Part shown: one piece after another, positions 43,013 through 53,576 of the stretch | Numbering within the stretch: the first letter of the stretch is position 1 | Layout of the letters: each line of letters begins with the position of its first letter | Assembly (NCBI GenBank): GCA_047602405.1 | Contig: JASGHJ010000002.1 | Location: forward strand, 256,001-320,000 | Direction of reading: 5' to 3' | Length of the DNA: 64,000 nucleotides | Origin: Anaeromyxobacteraceae bacterium | GTDB taxonomy: Bacteria; Myxococcota; Myxococcia; Myxococcales; Anaeromyxobacteraceae | The notes under the pieces: model-generated | Database searches by the model: none | What the model saw: only the letters and a program-made list of their open reading frames with translations | Told to the model about the DNA's origin: nothing | Made by a program: the position numbers and the translations under genes

Positions 43013-43980
43013 CTACAGCCCCACGAGCTCCCGGAACCCGCGCTCGCCCATCTCGCGCAGCGCCGCCAGGCGATCGCGGTAGCGGCGCCAGTCCTTCCAC
43101 GCGAGGCGGTCGGCGCCGAGCGCGGTCTGGTGGAAGGCGTGGATCCTCGACGCCGTGAACCGGAGCGCGGCGTAGCGCGCGTACGGATAGACCGCGTCCA
43201 GCGTCTCCGGCTCGGCCTTCCGCTTCGCGCGGTAGCCCTCGAGGAGCGCGTGCGCGCGGTCGCGCTGGAAGCGGTCGGTGTAGCACCAGGCGTTCACCGA
43301 GACGCCGAGGTCGTAGGCGAACGGGTCGACGCAGCTCATCTCCCAGTCGAGCAGCGAGGAGATGCGGTGCCCGAGCCAGAGCACGTTGTCGACGAAGAGA
43401 ATCGCCGTGCACGAGGCCGCGCGGGGCGCCCGGGAGCGAGGCCGCGCGGGCGTACTCGTCCTCGAGCATCGGGCGGGCGGCGTCGACCTCGGGGTCGTGG
43501 GGCGGGTTCTTCAGCTCGTCGAGCCACGCGCGCACGCGGGGCGGGCCGTACGGGTTCGCGCGGGTGGCCTGGAAGCCGGCGGCGAGGTCGTGCAGCCGGC
43601 CGAGCTGCTCGCCGAGGAGCCGGCAGCGGGGAGCCTCCGCCTCGTCGCGGGTGATCTCCTCGCCGGGCGCGTAGGCGAAGAGGCATCGCGGGCTTCCCCC
43701 GCACCATCACCCAGCCCTCGCCCGCGGCCGTGCGGAGCAGACGCGGCACCGGCAGGTGGGCCTCCTCGAGGTAGCGGTGCACCTCGGCCTCGAACGCCAC
43801 GTCGGAGAGCGCCTTGCCCTCGTTGAGCCGGAAAAAGTAGCGCTCGCCGCCCGCCCAGACGTGGTGGTTCGTGTTCACCGAACCCTTCGGCTCCGGGCGC
43901 GTGGCGGAGGGGGCCGGGAGGCCGAAGGCGGCGAGGGCCGCGGCGATCTCCGCGGGGTCGAGCTCGGTGTAGAGGGCCAT
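43013..43980 (-). CDS. thrB: homoserine kinase type II (APH-like), two apparent +1 frameshifts (~43684, ~43400)
   Basis: MALYT..., GSVNTN, LPRGLVHG(DLF)VDNVLW, LDWE restored across three frames. Confidence 0.82.
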
Positions 43981-44048
43981 GGTGCGCCCCGGAGGATCGC
44001 AACGCGCGGGCCCCCCGTCAATCGGCGGTTCGGCGCGGGCGGGCCCGG

Positions 44049-44567
44049 CTACTCGAGGGGATCGGCGGGGGCCGCGGGCTCCGGCGGGCCGTCGAGGGCG
44101 CGGCCGAGGTCGATGGGCCGCCAGCGCGCGGTGGTGACGCGCCAGCCGTCGGGCTCGCGCGCGAGGCGGACGTCGAAGCGGTGCACGGAGGCCTCGCCGG
44201 GCGCGAGCGCCGCGAGGGGGCGGTCGCCGCCGGCGCGGGCGAGCACCACGTCCACCACCGCCGACGCGAGGTCGCCCTCGACGCGGACCGTGGCGCCCGC
44301 CACCGACGCCGAGACCCATCCGCCGCGCAGGATGACGCCGGCGGCGAGCCGCCGCGCGGCCTCGCGATCGAGGTCGCCCGCGCGGAAGCGCTCCGACACG
44401 TCCGCGATCACGTCCCCGGGCCGCTTCGCCTCGGCGGCCGCCGCGGCGCGCGCGAAGACGGCCCGGACGAGCTCCTCGTCGGTCGGCGGCTTCCTGCAGG
44501 CCGGCGAGAGCGCGACCGCGGCGGAGGCCGCGAGGACGGCCGCGAGGTGCGTCGAGCGCCGCGTCAT
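44049..44567 (-). CDS. hypothetical lipoprotein (NTF2-like)
   Basis: SPAC lipobox; REPDGWRVTTARW tail. Confidence 0.65.
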   Translation of the reverse strand: MTRRSTHLAAVLAASAAVALSPACRKPPTDEELVRAVFARAAAAAEAKRPGDVIADVSERFRAGDLDREAARRLAAGVILRGGWVSASVAGATVRVEGDLASAVVDVVLARAGGDRPLAALAPGEASVHRFDVRLAREPDGWRVTTARWRPIDLGRALDGPPEPAAPADPLE

Positions 44568-44589
44568 CCCCCGGAGTAGACTCCCACCC

Positions 44590-45411
44590 GTGAGCCGCGA
44601 CAAGCCGGATCAGGGCCGCTCGGACGAGCACAACTCCCGGGGCATCGAGCTCGCCGACCGCGGCTGGCTCGACGAGGCCGTGGCCGAGTTCCAGAAGGCG
44701 ATCGCGCTCGACCCGGACTCGGCGCACGCGCACGACAACCTCGCGACCGTCTACTCCGAGAAGAAGCTCTACCGCGAGGCGCTGCGCGAGTACCTCCTCG
44801 CCCTCGACCTCGAGCCGGAGAGCGCGACCGCCCACTACAACCTCGCCTGCTTCCTCGCGAGCCACGGCGGCGACATGGCGGCCGCGGAGTACCGCCAGTC
44901 CATCGAGCTCGAGCCCGGCTACCCCGACGCGCACCTCAACCTCGGGCTCACGCTCGCCGAGCAGGGGAAGCCGGAGGAGGCCGCGAAGGCGCTCGAGGCG
45001 GCCATCGCGCTCGACCCGAAGGACCCGGTGCCGCGCCACGAGCTCGCGGCGCTGCTGATGGACGAGGGCGACCACCGGGCGGCCATCGGCCACCTGCGCG
45101 AGGTGGTGCGCCTCGACCCGAAGAACCACGAGGCGCAGCTCGACCTCGGCATCTGCTACGCGCAGAAGGGCTTCTACGTGGAGGCGGAGCGGGCCTACCG
45201 CCGCGCCGGGGAGCTCGCGCCCGGGGAGCTCCTCGTCCACTACGACCTCGCCGCCCTGTACGCGCTCTGGGGCCGGCCCGACCAGGCCCTGCCGGAGCTC
45301 ACGAAGGCCCTCGACCAGGACGCCGCCAAGGTCAAGGGGTGGCTCGCGACGGACCCCATGTTCGACTCCCTGAAGGGCGACCCGGCCTTCGAGAATCTCC
45401 TGGAACGTTGA
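44590..45411 (+). CDS. TPR repeat protein
   Basis: Multiple canonical TPRs (AIALDPDSAHAHDNLA, YPDAHLNLGLTL); DPMFDSLKGDPAF tail. Confidence 0.88.
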   Translation: MSRDKPDQGRSDEHNSRGIELADRGWLDEAVAEFQKAIALDPDSAHAHDNLATVYSEKKLYREALREYLLALDLEPESATAHYNLACFLASHGGDMAAAEYRQSIELEPGYPDAHLNLGLTLAEQGKPEEAAKALEAAIALDPKDPVPRHELAALLMDEGDHRAAIGHLREVVRLDPKNHEAQLDLGICYAQKGFYVEAERAYRRAGELAPGELLVHYDLAALYALWGRPDQALPELTKALDQDAAKVKGWLATDPMFDSLKGDPAFENLLER

Positions 45412-45477
45412 GGTCCAGGGCCGGACGCTCCGTCAGGGCGTAGCCGGGTGCACTTTCCGTCCGGTACGCTCCGTCGG

Positions 45478-47143
45478 ATGGCCGAGCTCGCGTTCTTCCG
45501 CCACGGTGAGGAGCTGCTCCGCGTCCCGCTCGACGGGCCCAAGCGCATCGGGCGCTCCCCCGAGTGCGACGTCCCGCTGCCCGATCCCGCGCTCTCCCGC
45601 GTGCAGGCGCTGGTCGAGCCGCTGGGCGAGGGGTGGCGGCTCCTCGATCGCTCCGGCCGCGGCACGCGCGTGGGCGGCCGCGAGGTCAACGAGGTGCGCC
45701 TCGAGGAGGGCGCGGAGGTCGCGCTCGGCGGCTGGCGCGCGCTGTTCCGGGCCACTCCCGCCGGCGACGGCGGCGTCACCCGCGCCGACGCCGGCGAGAC
45801 CCGCGTGCGCGCCGGGCCCGGCAACGGCGCCCCGCCCGCGGCGCGGCTCCGCGTGCGTGCGGGCGGCGCGGACCAGGTCGTGCCGCTCGGGCCGGGCGGC
45901 CTCACGGTCGGGAAGGACGGCGGCTGCGAGGTGAGGATCGAGGACCCCTTCGTCTCGGCGCGGCACCTCCGCGTCGAGGCGCGCGGCGGCGCCTGGGCGC
46001 TCGTCGACCTCGGCTCCACGAACGGCACCTTCATCTCGGGCGCGCGGGTGGCGCAGGCCGACCTCCCGTTCGGGCTCCCGGTGAAGCTGGGCGACGCCGA
46101 GCTCGTGCTCGAGCCGGGCGAGGCGCCCGTCGCGGCGCCGGCCGAGACGTTCGAGGGGATGATCTCCGGCGACGCCGGCATGCGGCAGCTGTTCGAGCTC
46201 GTCGAGCGGGTCGCCGCCGCCGAGGCCGCGGTCACGATCCTCGGCGAGACCGGCACCGGCAAGGAGCTCGTCGCCCGCGCGCTGCACGCGCGCTCCGCCC
46301 GCCGCGAGGGCCCGTTCATCCCGGTGAACTGCTCGGCGATCGCCGAGTCGCTCATCGAGGCCGAGCTCTTCGGGCACGAGAAGGGCGCGTTCTCCGGCGC
46401 CGACCGGCAGCGCAAGGGCGCCTTCGAGGAGGCCGACGGCGGCACCCTCTTCCTAGACGAGGTGGGCGAGCTGCCGCTCGAGCTGCAGCCGAAGCTGCTC
46501 CGCGCGCTCGAGCTCGGCGAGGTGAAGCGGGTCGGGGCCGCCCGGCCGTTCCAGGTGAACGTGCGCATCGTCGCCGCGACGCACCGGGATCTCGCGGGCC
46601 GCGGTGCGGGCGGGCCGCTTCCGCGAGGACCTCTACTACCGGCTGTGCGTCGTGCCGGTGACCATCCCGCCGCTCCGGGCCCGCAGGGGCGACGTGCGCC
46701 CGCTCGCCGACGCGCTGCTCGCGCGGGCGGCGCCCCGCGGGCTGGCGGTCAGCTGGAGCGCCGAGGCGATCGCGCGGCTCGAGGCCTACGACTGGCCGGG
46801 CAACGTGCGGCAGCTCCGGAACGTGGTGCTGCGGGCGCTGCTCTTCCGCGGCGAGGGGCTCGTGATCCCGGCCGCGGCCGTGACGTTCGACGACACCCGC
46901 GCCGCGGTCGAGGCCACGCCGGACGACGACGCGCTCTACGTGCGGGGGCTCACGCTCGAGGACGTCGAGCGCGAGGTGATCCGGCTCTCCCTGCGCCGCA
47001 ACGCCGGCAAGCGCGCCGCGGTCGTGAAGGAGCTCAAGATCGCGAAGAGCACGGTGCTGAAGCGCATCGCCCAGTGGAACCTGCACGGCGAGGGGCGCGC
47101 CGCGGGGGCGCCGCCCGACCTCGACGAGGACGACGACGGCTGA
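45478..47143 (+). CDS. double-FHA sigma-54 enhancer-binding protein, apparent +1 frameshift at ~46596
   Basis: IGRSPEC...LSRVQ and VSARH...[11 protein letters not shown] motifs; [23 protein letters not shown] and WPGNVRQL in a second frame. Confidence 0.9.
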
Positions 47144-47151
47144 GGCCCGCG

Positions 47152-47625
47152 CTACAACCCGGACGCGAACAGCCAGCCGCGCTGCGTCCGGACCAGGCCG
47201 AACCGGTGCACGTCCGCGTCGCGGCGGGGCACCTCGCCGTTCGGGGTCTTCACCCGGTAGTACTGCTCGAAGAAGACCTCGGCGGTGGCGGTCTCCTTCA
47301 GGACGTCCACCCGGCGCAGCGTGAACTGGACGCGGTAACCCTCGAGCCCCTTCAGGTCGCGGGGGAGCTGGACCTCGAGGCCGGCCCGGTCGAGGTCGTC
47401 GGCCGGGTCGGGCGTGCCGCCGTTGTCGAAGTAGTCGGGCGACGCGAGGGCGAGCACCGCGCCGGCGTCGCGCTTCTGGAGCGCGTCGCGGTAGCGCTCG
47501 AGCGCCTGGACCACCCCGCGGGTGTCGTCGTTGTCCGGGATCTCCGTGCCGGGGAACCGCTTCGGGCCGCAGGCGGCGGCGAGGAGCGCGAGGGCCAGGG
47601 CGGCGAGGGCGCGGGGGGTCGTCAT
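47152..47625 (-). CDS. lipoprotein, NTF2-like fold
   Basis: LAAAC lipobox; [20 protein letters not shown]. Confidence 0.75.
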   Translation of the reverse strand: MTTPRALAALALALLAAACGPKRFPGTEIPDNDDTRGVVQALERYRDALQKRDAGAVLALASPDYFDNGGTPDPADDLDRAGLEVQLPRDLKGLEGYRVQFTLRRVDVLKETATAEVFFEQYYRVKTPNGEVPRRDADVHRFGLVRTQRGWLFASGL

Positions 47626-47703
47626 GGGCCGCGACTCTCACCCGGGCCTGCCCCCCGGTCAAGCCTCGCGCCCGGCCGCGAAGCGTGCTCGGATCCGCCT
47701 CGC

Positions 47704-48165
47704 ATGGCGACCAGCCTCGAGCGGCTCCAGGACTTCTTCGCGACCTCCCCGGCGGCGGCCCGCGCGACCGCGACCCTCTCCGCCGACGCGCGGGTGGACC
47801 TCGCGCTCGACGAGGGCCCGGCCCACTTCACGCGCGAGGCGGGCGCGCCGGAGGTCCGGCCCGGGCCGTCCGGGCGCCCGGACTTCACGCTGCGGCTCCC
47901 GCCCGGCGCGGTCGAGCGGGTGACCGCGGTCACCGGGGACGACGTCGGCGCCCTCGGCATCGCGTTCTTCGAGCTCGTCCTCGAGCGCGACCCGGCGCTC
48001 AAGGTGGGCCTGCGCCTCGACGCGCCCACCGGGCGGCTCGTCGCGCACGGCTACCTCGCCGTGCTCGCGCTCGGCGGCGTGAAGGTCGGCTGGTGGCTGA
48101 TGAAGAAGGGCTTCGCGAACCCGCTCGCGGTCATCGAGCGGCTGCGGCGGCGGAGCAGCGCCTGA
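47704..48165 (+). CDS. hypothetical protein (possibly SCP2-like)
   Basis: Distal part of ORF 45448..48165 from ATG 47704; PDFTLRL; host-like codons. Confidence 0.65.
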   Translation: MATSLERLQDFFATSPAAARATATLSADARVDLALDEGPAHFTREAGAPEVRPGPSGRPDFTLRLPPGAVERVTAVTGDDVGALGIAFFELVLERDPALKVGLRLDAPTGRLVAHGYLAVLALGGVKVGWWLMKKGFANPLAVIERLRRRSSA

Positions 48166-50371
48166 CGCCGGCCGCCGCGCGCTCGCGGTCGGCCGCGGCG
48201 GGCAGCGTGCGCACGAGCTCCCCGAGGAGGGCCGCGCCCGCGGCGGGTGCGCCGCCGGCGCAGCGCGCCTCGCCGAGGAGCAGCCGGGCCTCGTCGCCGA
48301 GCTGGCCGCCGAGCCCGCCCGCGGCGGCGCGCTCGAGCTCCGGGATCGCGGCGGCGGCCTCGCCGCGCCCGGCGAGCTGCCGCGCGAGGAGGTAGGCGGC
48401 GAGCGGGTGGGGAGACCGCGCGACCCGCGCGAGCGAGACGCCCGCCTCGCCCTCGCCGAGGAGGTAGGCCCGGGCGGCCTCGGCGAGCGTGGGCTCCGCG
48501 ACGGCGAGCAGCTTCGCCTCGAGGAGCCGCGCCTCGCCGCGGTCCGGGCCGAGCGCGAGCGCGGCGCGCCAGCGGGAGGCGGCCCCCGCGAGGTCGCCCC
48601 GCCGCCACGCGAGGTCGCCCCCCGCGGCCTCGAGCCCGGGCGCCATCGGGGACCCCTCGCCGGCGGCCGCGCGGGCCGAGGCGTACGCTGCGGCCGCGCC
48701 CTCGAGGTCGCCCGCCCGCACGAGCACGTCCGCCCGGGCCCGCCACGCGCCGGCCTCGTCGCCGAGCGCGCCCGCCCGCGCGTAGAGCGCGCACGCCGCC
48801 GCGGTGCGCCCCCAGGCGGCCTCGCTCCCCGCGGCCGCGAGCAGCGCGGTCTCCTCGCGGGCGCAGCGCCGCGCGAAGACCGAGCGCTGCGTGAAGCGGG
48901 CGCGCGCCGAGAGGGCGAGGCCGGGCGGGGTCGCCACCGCGTCGAGCGACGCCTTCCAGGCGCGGTCGAGCTCGGGCCACGGCACGCCCGCGGCCGCCGC
49001 GAGGTCCTCGCCGGCGTAGGCGCGCGCGATGGCCGCCGGTCCGTGGCGCTCGAGCGCGAAGGCGATGAAGCTGCCGGCGGTCGCGTAGCTGCGGGCCGGG
49101 CCCTGGCCGAAGAAGCCGGCCGGCGAGAACAGGCCGACCGGGTCGGGCAGGAGCCCCTGGTCGCGCGCGGCCCGGGCGAGCTCGTGCACGGTGTAGCCGC
49201 CGCGGGGCAGGTCGAGCGCCACGGCGAGCCCCTCGATGAGCGCCTGCGACGGCACGACGCGCAGGCGCGCGGGCACGTGCAGCGGGCCGGGCGCGAGCGC
49301 CGCCGCGAGCGCGTGGACGAGCTCGTGGCGGAGGGTGGGGTGGGGGAGCGCACCGTCGACGACGTGGATCTCGGGGTGCCACGGCTTCACGTAGTCGGTC
49401 CGGCCGGCGCCGACGAGGAGCTGCTTCTCGGCGGCCGAGCGGTACACGTACACGGTGATGCGCGGCGGGTGCTCGAGGCCGAGCGCCCGCGCGACGTCCG
49501 CCGCGTGGAACTCGCAGTCCGCGAGCAGCGCCGCCGCCGCGGCCCGCGGCTTCTCGCCGGCGTGCACGAGCAGGCACCGCTCGCCCTCGAGCCGCCCCGC
49601 GAGCGCGCGCTGGATCGCGGCGCGGTCGCCGGCGAGCCCCTCGGCGCGGAGCGCCGCGCCCGCGCCCCAGGCGCCGGCGAGGCCGAGCGCGATCGCGGTG
49701 AGCGCCGCGAGCGGCCGCCGGCGGGGGGCGGCGAGCCCGGCCGCGCCCACCGCCGCGACGGCGAGCGCGAGGGCCCCCGCGCGCCAGAGCACCATGCGCA
49801 GGTCCACCGCGACCGGCTCGTCGTAGAGCACGCCCGGCCCGGGCCAGGCGCCGAGGAACGGGTCGTGCCCGAAGGCGGCCGGGCCGGTCCAGCCGGTCCA
49901 GAGCGTCCACCCGAGCGAGCCCGCCACCGCGAGCGCGTACAGGGCCGCGGCCCGGCCGCGCCGGCCGCCGGCGAGGACCCACGCGAGCACGGCGGTCGCG
50001 GCGCCGAGCGCCGCAGAGGGCACGGCGAGGAGGGGGACGAACCACGCCGCCGGGGTCGCGGCCGCGCACGCGCCGAGGGCGGCGCGCAGCGCGGCGCCCG
50101 CGGCGAGGGCGCCCGCGACGGCGAGGAGCCGCGCGGTGCCCGAGAGCGCCGCGCGGACGGGCGAGCGCGCCGCGAGGGCGCGCGCGGCAGGGAACGCGGC
50201 GAGCGGGGCGAGGAGGCCGAGCCCGAGCGCGAGGAGCTCGCCGAGCTCGTAGCCCGGCGCGTCGAGCGTGGGCAGCCCGGCGAGGACGAAGCCGGCGACC
50301 GCCGCGGCCCCGGCGGCGAGCGCGATCCACCCGCGGGGGGCGGGGCGCTCCGGCTCGGCGAGGGTGGAGAT
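48131..50371 (-). CDS. multi-TM protein with HEXXH metallopeptidase-like domain and TPR-like C-terminus
   Basis: TM-rich N-terminus; LRHELVH...LIEGLAVA; the best SD-aligned start is ATC at 50371. Confidence 0.75.
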   Translation of the reverse strand: MSTLAEPERPAPRGWIALAAGAAAVAGFVLAGLPTLDAPGYELGELLALGLGLLAPLAAFPAARALAARSPVRAALSGTARLLAVAGALAAGAALRAALGACAAATPAAWFVPLLAVPSAALGAATAVLAWVLAGGRRGRAAALYALAVAGSLGWTLWTGWTGPAAFGHDPFLGAWPGPGVLYDEPVAVDLRMVLWRAGALALAVAAVGAAGLAAPRRRPLAALTAIALGLAGAWGAGAALRAEGLAGDRAAIQRALAGRLEGERCLLVHAGEKPRAAAAALLADCEFHAADVARALGLEHPPRITVYVYRSAAEKQLLVGAGRTDYVKPWHPEIHVVDGALPHPTLRHELVHALAAALAPGPLHVPARLRVVPSQALIEGLAVALDLPRGGYTVHELARAARDQGLLPDPVGLFSPAGFFGQGPARSYATAGSFIAFALERHGPAAIARAYAGEDLAAAAGVPWPELDRAWKASLDAVATPPGLALSARARFTQRSVFARRCAREETALLAAAGSEAAWGRTAAACALYARAGALGDEAGAWRARADVLVRAGDLEGAAAAYASARAAAGEGSPMAPGLEAAGGDLAWRRGDLAGAASRWRAALALGPDRGEARLLEAKLLAVAEPTLAEAARAYLLGEGEAGVSLARVARSPHPLAAYLLARQLAGRGEAAAAIPELERAAAGGLGGQLGDEARLLLGEARCAGGAPAAGAALLGELVRTLPAAADRERAAAGVRRCSAAAAAR

Positions 50372-50438
50372 GGCGGCCTCCCTTCTGGCGGGTCGGTAAC
50401 TACCCGGCCCGGCCCCACCGGGATAACATGGAGGACCG

Positions 50439-50822
50439 ATGAGCGAGAACGGCGACAGCGGCAGCGACCACCGCGAGCACGCGCGCGCGCCGATCGAGCT
50501 CAAGGTCGACTACAAGAAGCTCAACACCTTCTTCGCCGACTACACGAAGAACATCTCGAAGGGCGGGACCTTCATCAAGACGAAGCGCTCCCTGCCCATC
50601 GGCACGCGCTTCCTCTTCCGGCTCGCGGTCCCGGGCCGCGACGCGCCCTTCGAGCTCAACGGCGAGGTCGTCCACGCGAGCCCCTCCGGCGACGAGCCGG
50701 GCATGGGCATCCGCTTCGTGTGGACCGCCGACGGCGAGCGCGAGGCGTTCGAGTCGGTCGTCGAGGGCCTGATGGCGGACGCGCTCGGGCCGGTGGTGGC
50801 CGCGAAGCTCCTGAAGAAGTAG
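50439..50822 (+). CDS. PilZ domain protein (myxobacterial TIGR02266-like)
   Basis: GGAGG RBS; REHAR, NISKGGTFI, GMGIRF. Confidence 0.9.
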   Translation: MSENGDSGSDHREHARAPIELKVDYKKLNTFFADYTKNISKGGTFIKTKRSLPIGTRFLFRLAVPGRDAPFELNGEVVHASPSGDEPGMGIRFVWTADGEREAFESVVEGLMADALGPVVAAKLLKK

Positions 50823-50850
50823 GGCCCCTGCGAAGCGAAGCGGAGCAGAT

Positions 50851-50909
50851 CCAGGGAGGGGCCCCGTGGAGCTTTGCTCCACGGGGAGGGGGCTACGCCC
50901 CCTCGAAAT
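50851..50909 (-). repeat. REP-like family 1, copy 5 (reverse)
   Basis: Reverse complement reads ATTTCGAGGGGGCGTAGCCCCCTCCCCGTGGAGCAAAGCTCCACGGGGCCCCTCCCTGG. Confidence 0.85.
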
Positions 50910-51374
50910 TCAAAACCGCGGCACGTTCTCGAACTTCACCCGGTCGCCCGCCTTCACGCCGCGGGCGGCGCACCAGCCGCCGTTCACCTCGAGCACGAAG
51001 CGGCTCGGCAGCCCCACCGTCCGCAGCGACGTCGTCTGCGGCGTGGCGCGCTCCACGACGCCCGCGATGGTGCCGTCCTCCGCGATGAAGATCATGTCGA
51101 GCGGGATCAGCGTGTTCTTCATCCAGAACGCGTGCTCCTCGCTCTCGGAGAAGAGGAAGAGCATGCCCGCGTCGTCGTCGAGCTTCTCGCGGTACATGAG
51201 GCCGCGGGCCCGCTCGGGGTCGGTGCGGGCGACCTCGACGCGGACCGGGTGGCGCGCGCCGGCGGCGGTCTCGACCACGACCCGAGCGGAGGGTGCGGCG
51301 GCGTTGCCGGGGCGGGCCGAGCAGGCGCCCGCCACCGCGAGGACCGCGGCCGCGCGGAGGACGACGCGCTTCAC
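50910..51374 (-). CDS. DUF192 domain protein
   Basis: VEVART..ERARGLMYR, GMLFLF, FWMKNTLIPLDMIFI, VLEVNGG. Confidence 0.9.
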   Translation of the reverse strand: MKRVVLRAAAVLAVAGACSARPGNAAAPSARVVVETAAGARHPVRVEVARTDPERARGLMYREKLDDDAGMLFLFSESEEHAFWMKNTLIPLDMIFIAEDGTIAGVVERATPQTTSLRTVGLPSRFVLEVNGGWCAARGVKAGDRVKFENVPRF

Positions 51375-51802
51375 CGGGGGACGACGCAGTACGAGGAGAA
51401 CGCCACGTCCGACAGGTAACGCTGGCGGGTGGCGTCGTCGAGCGTCGCGACGAAGGCGGGATCGAGGAGCAACAGGTCGCAGACGAGGCCGGTCTTGTCC
51501 GTCGAGCAGTCGCGGTTCGACACGCACGGCTTCGAGCAGTACCCGCAGATGCCGTTCGTCGCGTCGGCGCAGCTCGAGTAGCGCGCGCCCGCGGGCGCGG
51601 GCGAGACGATGCAGACGAGATCGTCGCAGCCCAGGTTGCCGGTCTCGAAGTAGTCGCCCGCGGCGGTCTGCGGCGTGGGCGCGGGCGGATCGTTGTCCGC
51701 GTTCCAGCTGAGGCGGCAGGGCCGCCCGACGTCGGGATCCTGGCAGGCGCCGAGGGCGACGGCCGCGGCGACGGCGACGAGCGCGTGGGCGATGAGGCGC
51801 AT
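51371..51802 (-). CDS. gltK: gliding motility lipoprotein CglC/GltK-like
   Basis: LGAC lipobox, DVGRPC, CDDLVCI, GYCSKPC; divergent from the gltBAC-like genes. Confidence 0.75.
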   Translation of the reverse strand: MRLIAHALVAVAAAVALGACQDPDVGRPCRLSWNADNDPPAPTPQTAAGDYFETGNLGCDDLVCIVSPAPAGARYSSCADATNGICGYCSKPCVSNRDCSTDKTGLVCDLLLLDPAFVATLDDATRQRYLSDVAFSSYCVVPR

Positions 51803-51967
51803 GGTCGGCCCGGATCGTTAGCACGCGGGCCAGGTGCCCACAAGGAAGCCCCCCGGCCGCGTCCCCAGGGAGGAGGAGCGCCTACAGACTCGTTTGAGCA
51901 TCCCTTGCACGGGGGGCCGCCACGTTGCCCGTACCCCTCCCTGTTGGCTAGGATGCCTCATCCTTCC

Positions 51968-52834
51968 ATGAAGCCGACCGCACTCCTCGCCGTGCTCGCG
52001 ATGACCGCGCTCCCCTGCGCCGGACGCGCTCAGGAGATGGGCCTCGATCTCTCGAAGCCCGCGCAGAAGCCGGAGGAGGCGAAGCCGGCGACGCCGGCCG
52101 AGCCGCCCCCGGACGCGCCCGGGCTGGATTCGTCGAAGCCCGCGGAGAAGCCCGCCGCGCAGGCGCCGGAGAAGGCGCCCGAGAAGGCGGCCCAGAAGGC
52201 CCCGCCGCCGCCCGCGCTCGCCCAGGACGTCGCGCTCGGCGACAAGGTGAAGGCGGTCCAGAAGAAGGGCTTCCTGAAGAAGGGCCGCTTCGAGATCGCG
52301 CCGACGTTCGCGCTGACGGTGAACGACGCCTTCTACCAGAAGTTCGGCGGGGGCCTCAGGCTCGCGTACTCGCTCGGCGACACGTTCGCGCTCGCGGTGC
52401 GCGGCACGTACTACACGCCGTACCGCACCGAGAACGTGCGCGACGGCAAGCTCGCGTTCCAGAGCCAGCTCCTCACCTCCCAGCTCTACCGGCAGGCGAT
52501 GGTCGACGGCGTGTGGTCGCCCATCTACGGCAAGGCCTCCTTCCTCTCGAAGGACATCGTCCACTTCGACGTCTTCTTCGCGGCGGGCTTCGGCCTCGTG
52601 TGGAGCGCCACGAGCTTCGCGCCGCGCGACGAGGGGCCGCACCTCGCGACCGACTTCGGCGGCGGCGTGCGCTTCTACCCGAAGAGCTGGCTCGCCTTCG
52701 AGCTCGGGCTCCTCGCCACCCTGTACCCGGACCAGCCCATCAAGTCGGTGCCCGGGACCATCCAGAAGGTCTTCGTCGCCAACGTCGGCGTCTCGTTCTT
52801 CCTGCCGCCCACGTTCGACTACGCCTACCCATGA
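51968..52834 (+). CDS. gltB: outer membrane beta-barrel, GltB-like
   Basis: VKAVQKKGFLKKGRFE, VNDAFYQK, WSPIYGK; order in the cluster. Confidence 0.7.
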   Translation: MKPTALLAVLAMTALPCAGRAQEMGLDLSKPAQKPEEAKPATPAEPPPDAPGLDSSKPAEKPAAQAPEKAPEKAAQKAPPPPALAQDVALGDKVKAVQKKGFLKKGRFEIAPTFALTVNDAFYQKFGGGLRLAYSLGDTFALAVRGTYYTPYRTENVRDGKLAFQSQLLTSQLYRQAMVDGVWSPIYGKASFLSKDIVHFDVFFAAGFGLVWSATSFAPRDEGPHLATDFGGGVRFYPKSWLAFELGLLATLYPDQPIKSVPGTIQKVFVANVGVSFFLPPTFDYAYP

Positions 52835-53568
52835 CCGCCCGCCGGCTCGCCGTCGCGCTCGTCCTCGCCGCCGTGGCCCTCGCCCCGGAGGCCCGCGCGC
52901 AGTCGAAGGCGGACGCCTTCGCCGGGAGGATCCCGCCGGTGTCGGGGCAGCTGTACGAGAAGGCGGGCCGCTTCGAGGCCACGCTCTCGGGGAACCTCTC
53001 GCTCAACGACGCCTTCTTCACGAAGTACTTCGGCGGCGTGAAGCTCGGCTACCACGTCAGCGAGTTCCTCTCGGTCTCGGCGCAGGCCGCGGCGGGCATC
53101 ACCCGCGCGACCGGGTCCACGACGCTGTGCCCGGCGAACTCGGGCTGCCGCGACGCGACGCCGTACGAGCTGTACCAGGTGCCCGGCGATCTCAAGGCGG
53201 TGTACGGGCTCGAGGTCGCGTGGTCGCCGGTCTACGGCAAGCTCAACGCGTTCTCCGAGCAGGTCACCCACTTCGACCTCTCCATCCTGGCCGGCGGCGA
53301 CCTCGTCTCCTACCGCGAGGTGATCTCGGCCGCGCGGGCGACGGAGCTCCGGGACGCCGGCGGCGAGCCCGCGGTCGCCCGGACCTTCGGCGGCCACCTC
53401 GGCCTCGGGGTGCGGGCCTTCGTCACGCCGTGGATGGCGCTGCGGCTCGAGGTGAAGGACTACCTCTTCCGCGTGCAGGTGCCGAACGGCGGGACCGACA
53501 AGAAGCTCCAGTCCCAGCTCTTCACCGAGCTCGGCGCCTCCTTCTTCTTCCCGGGCGCCAAGAGGTGA
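52831..53568 (+). CDS. gltA: outer membrane beta-barrel, GltA-like
   Basis: IPPVSGQLY, SLNDAFFTKY, WSPVYGK, LRLEVKD; paralog of the preceding gene; ATGA overlap. Confidence 0.7.
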   Translation: MTARRLAVALVLAAVALAPEARAQSKADAFAGRIPPVSGQLYEKAGRFEATLSGNLSLNDAFFTKYFGGVKLGYHVSEFLSVSAQAAAGITRATGSTTLCPANSGCRDATPYELYQVPGDLKAVYGLEVAWSPVYGKLNAFSEQVTHFDLSILAGGDLVSYREVISAARATELRDAGGEPAVARTFGGHLGLGVRAFVTPWMALRLEVKDYLFRVQVPNGGTDKKLQSQLFTELGASFFFPGAKR

Positions 53569-53576
53569 GCACCGCG

